Position numbers and translations under genes: made by a program
Notes under the pieces: generated by a model
What the model saw: only the letters and a program-made list of their open reading frames with translations
Told to the model about the DNA's origin: nothing
Database searches by the model: none
Source: a virus
Lineage: Duplodnaviria; Heunggongvirae; Uroviricota; Caudoviricetes
IMG/VR virus record: IMGVR_UViG_2541047928_000011
DNA length: 5,268 nucleotides
Reading direction: 5' to 3' (one strand)
Shown: piece after piece, positions 1-5,001 of the stretch
How the letters are laid out: each line of letters starts with the position of its first letter
Numbering within the stretch: the first letter of the stretch is position 1

Positions 1-708
1 CTGCAGGCCGATCGCATTGCGATGATTACCCCGGAGAACGGCAACACCACGCCGCTGTTTGTGGCGCAGGGGAATCAGCTGTTCATGAACGACGTGTTCC
101 TGAAGCGACTGTTTGCGGTGAGCATCACGTCATCCGGCAATCCTCCGACGTTTTCCCTGACGCCGGATGGCAGGCTGACAGCCCGCAATGCGGATATCAG
201 TGGAGCCATCACGGCGAATACCGGCACGCTCAATAATGTCACCATTAACGAGAACTGTGTCATCAGAGGGAAACTGTCTGCAAACCAGATTGAAGGCGAT
301 CTCGTTAAAACAGTGGGTAAGGCTTTCCCCCGTGACTCCCGTGCACCGAAGCGTTGGCCATCAGGAACCATTACCGTCAGGGTTTATGACGATCAGCCGT
401 TTAACCGGCAGATTGTTATTCCGGCGGTGGCTTTCAGCGGTGCCAGACATGAGCGGGAGAACAGCGATACTTATTCGTCATGCCGCCTGATAGTGAAGAA
501 AAACGGTGCTGAAATTTATAACCGTACCGCGATGGATAATACGCTGGTTTACAGTGGTGTTATTGATATGCCTGCTGGTCGCGGCCACATGACGCTGGAG
601 TTTTCTGTATCAGCATGGTGGGTAAATGGCTGGTATCCCACAGCAAGTATCAGCGATTTGCTGGTTGTTGTGATGAAGAAAGCCACTGCAGGCATTACGA
701 TTAGCTGA
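1..708 (+). CDS. J: Central tail fibre / host-specificity protein J, C-terminal part (gene starts upstream of the window)
   Basis: Frame 1 is open from base 1 to TGA at 706-708, so the ORF is 5'-truncated by the window edge. Position directly upstream of lom and stf reproduces the lambda J-lom-stf order. The C-terminal residues (...[36 protein letters not shown]) match my recollection of the lambda gpJ receptor-binding end. No alignment could be run. Confidence 0.8.
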   Translation: MQADRIAMITPENGNTTPLFVAQGNQLFMNDVFLKRLFAVSITSSGNPPTFSLTPDGRLTARNADISGAITANTGTLNNVTINENCVIRGKLSANQIEGDLVKTVGKAFPRDSRAPKRWPSGTITVRVYDDQPFNRQIVIPAVAFSGARHERENSDTYSSCRLIVKKNGAEIYNRTAMDNTLVYSGVIDMPAGRGHMTLEFSVSAWWVNGWYPTASISDLLVVVMKKATAGITIS

Positions 709-727
709 ATTTTATAACCCCAATACG

Positions 728-751
728 GGCGCCAGAAATGGTGCCTTTTTT
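728..751 (+). terminator. Intrinsic (rho-independent) terminator downstream of J
   Basis: GGCGCC (728-733) / loop AGAAAT / GGTGCC (740-745) forms a 6-bp stem with one G-U pair, immediately followed by TTTTTT (746-751). It lies in the 67-bp J-lom gap. Confidence 0.55.
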
Positions 752-775
752 ATTGCAGAAAAGCGAGAGGTAATT

Positions 776-1375
776 ATGCGTAAAGTTTGTGCAGCCATTT
801 TGTCCGCAGCCATCTGTCTGTCCGTATCCGGTGCGCCTGCATGGGCGTCTGAACATCAGTCCACACTGAGCACAGGGTATCTTCATGCCCGTACGAACGC
901 TCCCGGCAGCGATAATCTGAACGGGATTAACGTGAAATACCGTTATGAGTTTACGGACACGCTGGGGCTGGTGACGTCATTCAGTTATGCCAATGCCAAA
1001 GATGAGCAAAAAACGCATTACAGCGATACCCGCTGGCATGAAGATTCCGTGCGTAACCGCTGGTTCAGCGTGATGGCGGGGCCGTCTGTACGCGTGAATG
1101 AATGGTTCAGCGCGTATGCAATGGCGGGTATGGCTTACAGCCGAGTGTCGACCTTCTCCGGGGATTATCTCCGCGTAACTGACAACAAGGGGAAAACGCA
1201 CGATGTGCTGACCGGAAGTGATGACGGTCGCCACAGCAATACGTCTCTGGCGTGGGGGGCTGGCGTGCAGTTTAACCCGACCGAATCCGTGGCCATTGAT
1301 ATTGCTTATGAAGGCTCCGGCAGTGGTGACTGGCGCACTGACGGTTTCATCGTGGGGGTCGGTTATAAATTCTGA
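776..1375 (+). CDS. lom: Lom outer-membrane protein (Ail/Lom/OmpX/PagC family beta-barrel), lysogenic-conversion moron
   Basis: 199-aa ORF with RBS GAGAGG (765-770) 5 nt before ATG 776. N-terminal signal peptide MRKVCAAILSAAICLSVSGAPAWA with an AWA-S cleavage site and a C-terminal aromatic residue (…GYKF) typical of OM beta-barrels. Sequence matches lambda Lom as I recall it (SEHQSTLS…GINVKYRYEF…). Confidence 0.93.
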   Translation: MRKVCAAILSAAICLSVSGAPAWASEHQSTLSTGYLHARTNAPGSDNLNGINVKYRYEFTDTLGLVTSFSYANAKDEQKTHYSDTRWHEDSVRNRWFSVMAGPSVRVNEWFSAYAMAGMAYSRVSTFSGDYLRVTDNKGKTHDVLTGSDDGRHSNTSLAWGAGVQFNPTESVAIDIAYEGSGSGDWRTDGFIVGVGYKF

Positions 1376-1402
1376 TTAGCCAGGTAACACAGTGTTATGA
1401 CA

Positions 1403-1428
1403 GCCCGCCGGTTCAGGCGGGCTTTTTT
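1403..1428 (+). terminator. Intrinsic terminator downstream of lom
   Basis: GCCCGCC (1403-1409) / loop GGTTCA / GGCGGGC (1416-1422) is a perfect 7-bp GC-rich stem followed directly by TTTTTT (1423-1428). Confidence 0.8.
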
Positions 1429-1439
1429 GTGGAGTGGAT

Positions 1440-3506
1440 ATGGCAGCAGTAAAAATCTCAGGTGTGCTGAAAGATGGTGCGGGAAAACCAATACAGAACT
1501 GCACTATTCAGCTGAAGGCAAAGCGTAACAGCACCACGGTACTGGTGAACACGGTGGCCTCTGAAAATCCGGATGAAGCCGGGCGTTACAGCATGGATGT
1601 TGAGCATGGCCAGTACAGCGTCACCCTGCTGGTTGAAGGTTTTCCGCCTTCACATGCCGGGACCATTACCGTCTATGAAGGTTCCAGACCAGGTACGCTG
1701 AATGATTTTCTTGGTGCCATGACGGAGGATGATGCCCGTCCGGAGGCACTGCGCCGTTTTGAACTGATGGTGGAAGAAGCAGCACGCAACGCTGAAGCCG
1801 CCTCTCAGAGCGCAGCGGCGGCAAAGAAATCCGAAACTGCAGCGGCATCATCGAAGAACGCGGCGAAAACCTCAGAAACGAATGCAGCTAATAGTGCACA
1901 GGCGGCAGCGACCTCACAGACTGCATCAGCAAACTCCGCGACAGCAGCCAAAAAATCAGAAACCAGCGCGAAAAACAGCGAGACAGCCACAAAGGCCAGC
2001 GAAAAAAACGCAAAATCCAGCCAGACGGCAGCGAAAACCAGTGAGACGAATGCCAAAGACAGTGAAGCCAACGCAAAGGTGAGCGAAACAGCGGCGGCGA
2101 ACTCGGCGAAAGCATCGGCAGCAAGCCAGACGGCAGCAAAAGCAAGTGAAGATGCTGCCAGAGAATACGCAAACCAGACAGCAGAGCCGTACAGATATGT
2201 TTTACAGCCGCTGCCGGATGTGTGGATACCCTTTAATGATTCGCTGGATATGATTACGGGCTATTCTCCGGGTTATAAAAAAGTGAAGATTGGCGATAAT
2301 GTGGTTCAGGTTGCCAGTGATAAACAGGTTAATTTCAGTCGCGCATCAACGGCAACATATATCAACAAATCTGGCGAACTGAAAACGGCGGAAATTAATG
2401 AGCCGCGATTTGAGTGTGATGGCCTGCTTATTGAGGGACAAAGAACGAACTTCTTCCAGAACAGTACAGACCCTTCGAAGTGGAATAAGTCAACTTCACT
2501 GGACGTTACAGAAACAGGCACAGATAGTTTCGGGTTTAATTATGGTCGGTTTGTCGTACAGGATTCGATTGTTGGTACAAGTAAAGCGCATACCATTATC
2601 GGACTGTATTCGAGTACCGGAGGGGTTGATACTTCAGGGGACGAAAAGCATGTAACTATATCCTGTCGGGTAAAAAGTGAAGTTGATAATATCGCCGTTC
2701 GTATTTTATTTGAACATTATGATGGGGAGGTAAGGACATCAATAGGAGCAGCAAACCTGAACCTTACCACCCGCATAATTAGCAAGACAGGTCAGACAAG
2801 CCGTGTTACAGCAAGGTCTGTTAAGGATGATGCAACTGGCTGGATATTTTTTGAGGCTACATTAAAAGCAGATACAACAGAAAATACGGTTGGTGGTTTT
2901 GTCCAGTATTCTCCGGATACAGGGCAGATGGTTACATCAGGGGATTATCTCGATGTAACCACTCCACAGATTGAGGCTGGTACAGGCGCATCATCTTTTA
3001 TTGTTACGGGGACGGCACCGGCAACGCGGGCAAGCGATATGGTGACAGTCCCAATCAAGAATAACCTTTATAATCTTCCTTTTACGGTTCTTTGTGAGGT
3101 ACATAAGAACTGGTATAAAACGCCAAATGTAGCGCCGCGTGTTTTTGATACCGGCGGTCATCAAACCGGAGCGGGGATCGTAATGGGGTTTGGTTCATCA
3201 GGTGGGTACGACGGTTTTCCGTATTGCGATATAGGTGGTTCAGACCGACGAATAAATGAAAATGCCGGGCTGGAAAAAATGCTTATTGGTATGCGGGTAA
3301 AGTCCGAACGGTCCACATGTGTAGTCAGTAACGGTAAGTTAAGCAGCGAAACTAAAACCAAATGGGAATATATCCGGAGTACAGCAACCATTCGCATTGG
3401 TGGACAAACTACAGCAGGATTACGCCATTTATTTGGGCATGTGAGGAATTTTCGTCTCTGGCATAAAGAGCTAACAGATGCGCAGCTTGGGGAGGTTGTG
3501 GAGTGA
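1440..3506 (+). CDS. stf: Side tail fibre protein Stf, mosaic: lambda-like N-terminal domain, heptad-repeat shaft, divergent distal receptor-binding half
   Basis: ORF ends at TGA 3504-3506. The N-terminus (AVKISGVLKDGAGKPIQNCTIQLKAKRNSTT…GRYSMDVEHGQYSV…FPPSHAGTITVYE) matches recalled lambda Stf (orf-401). Start is set at ATG 1440 because GGAG (1431-1434) lies 5 nt upstream; the ORF-track start ATG 1434 has no RBS. The distal half (about 2200-3506) is visibly AT-richer and does not resemble lambda Stf as I recall it. Confidence 0.9.
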   Translation: MAAVKISGVLKDGAGKPIQNCTIQLKAKRNSTTVLVNTVASENPDEAGRYSMDVEHGQYSVTLLVEGFPPSHAGTITVYEGSRPGTLNDFLGAMTEDDARPEALRRFELMVEEAARNAEAASQSAAAAKKSETAAASSKNAAKTSETNAANSAQAAATSQTASANSATAAKKSETSAKNSETATKASEKNAKSSQTAAKTSETNAKDSEANAKVSETAAANSAKASAASQTAAKASEDAAREYANQTAEPYRYVLQPLPDVWIPFNDSLDMITGYSPGYKKVKIGDNVVQVASDKQVNFSRASTATYINKSGELKTAEINEPRFECDGLLIEGQRTNFFQNSTDPSKWNKSTSLDVTETGTDSFGFNYGRFVVQDSIVGTSKAHTIIGLYSSTGGVDTSGDEKHVTISCRVKSEVDNIAVRILFEHYDGEVRTSIGAANLNLTTRIISKTGQTSRVTARSVKDDATGWIFFEATLKADTTENTVGGFVQYSPDTGQMVTSGDYLDVTTPQIEAGTGASSFIVTGTAPATRASDMVTVPIKNNLYNLPFTVLCEVHKNWYKTPNVAPRVFDTGGHQTGAGIVMGFGSSGGYDGFPYCDIGGSDRRINENAGLEKMLIGMRVKSERSTCVVSNGKLSSETKTKWEYIRSTATIRIGGQTTAGLRHLFGHVRNFRLWHKELTDAQLGEVVE
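1794..2162 (+). repeat. Degenerate 21-bp tandem repeat array encoding about 17 heptads (x-A-A-K-x-S-E/Q) in the Stf shaft
   Basis: Protein residues about 121-243 parse cleanly into 7-residue units (AAAKKSE TAAASSK NAAKTSE TNAANSA … TAAKASE). The underlying DNA is A/G/C-rich low complexity, which also produces stop-free spurious ORFs on both strands. Confidence 0.7.
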
Positions 3507-3781
3507 GAGATTTCACGTTGCGTTTCAGTGATAAAGCAGATTTCAGGGCATTTCTCAGGAAACTTAACTGGGAAGAGGACGAAGAGCTGCAGAATGCCGT
3601 TCTGGTTGATGAGATTGGTTTTACGTTCAGGGAGACAGATGTTTCTGATGACGGAGAACCAGAATACACGCGAAACGAAGGGTACTTTGTTAATATCCGT
3701 CTTCTTGACGATGGATTTGAGGATTCCGTGTTCCGTGAGTGGGTGGTTACACCAGAGCGCCCGCTCAGGGAGTGGTTTTAA
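3503..3781 (+). CDS. Hypothetical small acidic protein (92 aa), translationally coupled to stf; possible fibre-specific chaperone or accessory factor
   Basis: GTG start at 3503 overlaps the stf stop (GTGA, 3503-3506). RBS GGGGAGG (3489-3495) lies inside the stf 3' end. Stop TAA 3779-3781. The protein is D/E-rich, has no hydrophobic segment, and has no family I recognise. Confidence 0.55.
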   Translation: MRDFTLRFSDKADFRAFLRKLNWEEDEELQNAVLVDEIGFTFRETDVSDDGEPEYTRNEGYFVNIRLLDDGFEDSVFREWVVTPERPLREWF

Positions 3782-3790
3782 GGATAGCAG

Positions 3791-4084
3791 ATGGATATCA
3801 CGTCGATACTTCATGCGCTTTGTGCCGTGGCGGTGCAGGTACTGGCTGGTCTTTTTACCGGAAACTGGGCTTACGGGGCGATAGCCGGTTGTACGTTCTT
3901 CATTGCGCGTGAACACACCCAGGCAGAATATCGCTGGATTAAGCGTTTTGGTGATGGTCACCGACATAAGATGCCGTGGTGGGGCGGTTTTGATCCACGT
4001 GCATGGGATGTGGCAAGCCTGATGGATTTTGCTGTGCCGGTGGTGGCGTGTCTGCTGGTCTGGCTGTTGGTTAATCGTGGGTGA
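3791..4084 (+). CDS. Hypothetical small membrane protein (97 aa, 2-3 predicted TM segments)
   Basis: RBS AAGGA (3780-3784) 6 nt before ATG 3791. A long N-terminal hydrophobic stretch (ITSILHALCAVAVQVLAGLFTGNWAYGAIAGCTFFIA) and a C-terminal hydrophobic helix (SLMDFAVPVVACLLVWLLV) flank a basic Trp-rich loop (RWIKRFGDGHRHKMPWWGGFDPRAW). Stop TGA 4082-4084. Confidence 0.55.
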   Translation: MDITSILHALCAVAVQVLAGLFTGNWAYGAIAGCTFFIAREHTQAEYRWIKRFGDGHRHKMPWWGGFDPRAWDVASLMDFAVPVVACLLVWLLVNRG

Positions 4085-4093
4085 AAAAGGTGA

Positions 4094-4222
4094 GCAGTAT
4101 ATGCAACGAAGGAGGAAACATCATTGCTGGCGGCATGGAAGGCATGCAGGGTGTTGCTGAACCGTGTTGATACATCAACTGCACCTGATATTGAGTGGCC
4201 TACGAACCCTGTCAGGGAGTAA
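4094..4222 (+). pseudogene. tfa: 3' remnant of a lambda-type tail fibre assembly gene (tfa), last ~40 codons only, no start codon
   Basis: In-frame translation gives …[39 protein letters not shown], which matches the recalled lambda Tfa C-terminus (…[34 protein letters not shown]…). In-frame stops at 4082 and 4091 precede it and the N-terminal ~150 codons of a full tfa are absent. Confidence 0.7.
4124..4200 (+). repeat. Direct repeat copy A (tfa 3'-end sequence), partner at 5173-5249
   Basis: Ungapped alignment at offset 1049 bp: 77 positions with 10 mismatches counted by eye, and a 38-bp perfectly identical core (4163-4200 = 5212-5249, CGTGTTGATACATCAACTGCACCTGATATTGAGTGGCC). Confidence 0.85.
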
Positions 4223-4236
4223 TCATTGGGATTATG

Positions 4237-4269
4237 CCGCAGCACGTCTTAAGCAAGAACGTGCTGCGG
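4237..4269. other. Perfect 11-bp inverted repeat (stem-loop) between convergent genes
   Basis: CCGCAGCACGT (4237-4247) and ACGTGCTGCGG (4259-4269) are exact reverse complements around an 11-nt loop. No U-tract is directly adjacent on either strand, so it is not a canonical intrinsic terminator. It sits in the 54-bp gap between the tfa stub (ends 4222) and the minus-strand gene (ends 4277). Confidence 0.4.
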
Positions 4270-4276
4270 TTGGATG

Positions 4277-4933
4277 CTATTTTTTCCCTGAAGCGGAAAA
4301 CATTACTACAGTACCTTGAATCTTGGTTTTAACATTCTCGAAATGCTCTGAGAGTATATGTGTTAAGCCTTCTTCGGAATCTTTTGTGTTTGAAAAGATG
4401 CCTTTCTGATTGTAAATGCGCATCAGTTTTTGACCGAAGCTATTGTGCACAACGCCGTCACCAAGAATTGTGGCTCCGTATAGAGTTCCATCGTCAGTTA
4501 AGGCCTGCGCCGCATTGCGTATTACACAGCTTTTTGTAGATATATTTCCAGGCAGGCAGTGAAGAAGGTAAAACATGGAAATGGAATCAAATTGACCATG
4601 TAACGCCGCGGGATAAGGATCAAAAACATCATGGCTAATTTTATGTTTAATTTTTGATTCCCCAGCCCTTGTCGATGCCGCGTTCAGGCTAGCTTCGTTC
4701 AAATCCATTAAAGATATCAGACTACTCTCAGGTACGTGAGTAAGGTAAAACCCAGTTCCAACGCCAATATCCAGATGGTTGTTACCTAAATGTTCCAGAA
4801 AGTGTGGAAGAAGGTGTTCCTTTGTAGGACATCCCCATGCAAGCCGATTTGATACTCCCAAAACCCACCAGTCATAAAGCTTTAGGGTAAGTGGTGTGTA
4901 AATTTTAGCCCCATCATCTGTGTTTTTTTTCAT
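4277..4933 (-). CDS. Class I (Rossmann-fold) SAM-dependent methyltransferase-like protein, small-molecule/RNA/protein type rather than DNA MTase
   Basis: Recognisable motifs: motif I LDIGVGTG, a post-I acidic residue (…ISLMDLNE), motif II GQFDSISMFYLLHCLP, motif III LTDDGTLYG. No DPPY/NPPY catalytic motif in the right context and no target-recognition domain. The region is markedly AT-rich compared with J/lom. Start is set at ATG 4933 (GGTGA 5 nt upstream); the ORF-track start GTG 4942 has no RBS. Stop TAG 4277-4279. Confidence 0.8.
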   Translation of the reverse strand: MKKNTDDGAKIYTPLTLKLYDWWVLGVSNRLAWGCPTKEHLLPHFLEHLGNNHLDIGVGTGFYLTHVPESSLISLMDLNEASLNAASTRAGESKIKHKISHDVFDPYPAALHGQFDSISMFYLLHCLPGNISTKSCVIRNAAQALTDDGTLYGATILGDGVVHNSFGQKLMRIYNQKGIFSNTKDSEEGLTHILSEHFENVKTKIQGTVVMFSASGKK

Positions 4934-4945
4934 TAGTTTCACCGT

Positions 4946-4974
4946 ATTATAGTTTTATTTGTGAATTAAATCAA
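4946..4974 (-). promoter_or_regulatory. Candidate sigma70 promoter for the methyltransferase-like gene
   Basis: On the minus strand: -35 TTGATT (plus 4974-4969), a 17-nt spacer, and a perfect -10 TATAAT (plus 4951-4946). The -10 ends only about 13 nt upstream of ATG 4933, implying a very short or absent leader. Confidence 0.5.
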
Positions 4975-5001
4975 TTATGGCGATGAATTACAAGGGGTTA
5001 A

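Noticed and set aside
1-6. Window begins with CTGCAG (PstI site), with further copies elsewhere (for example 686-691)
   Set aside because: Probably coincidental or reflects how the fragment was cut; no biological significance inferred.
75-490. ORFs 75-371 (-) and 188-490 (+) inside J
   Set aside because: They are embedded in or antisense to the J coding frame, which is continuous from the window start. No RBS support and non-protein-like composition.
701-886. 61-aa minus-strand ORF spanning the J-lom intergenic region
   Set aside because: It overlaps the lom start and signal-peptide region antisense and crosses the terminator hairpin. Cys/Arg-rich junk translation.
977-1234. 85-aa minus-strand ORF inside lom
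   Set aside because: It is antisense to the well-supported lom frame, with no RBS support and no recognisable domain.
1666-2172. Several overlapping ORFs on both strands (1666-1851 -, 1805-2071 -, 1882-2082 +, 1888-2172 -)
   Set aside because: They lie inside the stf heptad-repeat region, where A/G/C-rich low-complexity DNA lacks stop codons in most frames. Translations are homopolymer-like (A/F/L or R/P/Q runs).
2306-2655. ORFs 2306-2521 (-) and 2398-2655 (+) inside stf
   Set aside because: They are out of frame with or antisense to the continuous stf reading frame; no independent support.
3528-3884. 118-aa plus-strand ORF overlapping the 92-aa ORF in another frame
   Set aside because: The alternative frame (3503-3781) has a coupled start and RBS and a protein-like acidic composition. 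This frame gives an R/S/L-rich product with no start-site support.
3161-3967. 268-aa minus-strand ORF overlapping the stf 3' end and both small plus-strand genes
   Set aside because: It is antisense to the well-supported stf frame, has no RBS before its ATG, and its translation is low-complexity and rich in R/S/P/C/W with no recognisable domain. It is most likely a fortuitous open antisense frame, though its length is unusual and a homology search would be a sensible check.
4109-4222. Strong SD-like AAGGAGG (4109-4115) followed 8 nt later by an in-frame TTG (4124), which would give a 32-aa peptide equal to the conserved Tfa tail
   Set aside because: AAGGAGGAA is simply the ancestral coding sequence for K-E-E in tfa. 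Expression of the stub is possible but unsupported; I treat it as a pseudogene remnant.
3958-4245. 95-aa minus-strand ORF antisense to the membrane-protein gene and tfa stub
   Set aside because: No RBS, overlaps the inverted repeat, and is antisense to sequence with recognisable Tfa homology on the plus strand.
4277-4933. Possibility that the methyltransferase is a DNA MTase or part of a restriction-modification or anti-restriction system
   Set aside because: No (D/N/S)PP(Y/F) catalytic motif in the appropriate position, no target-recognition domain, and no adjacent endonuclease-like ORF. The motifs fit the small-molecule/RNA class I MTase pattern instead.
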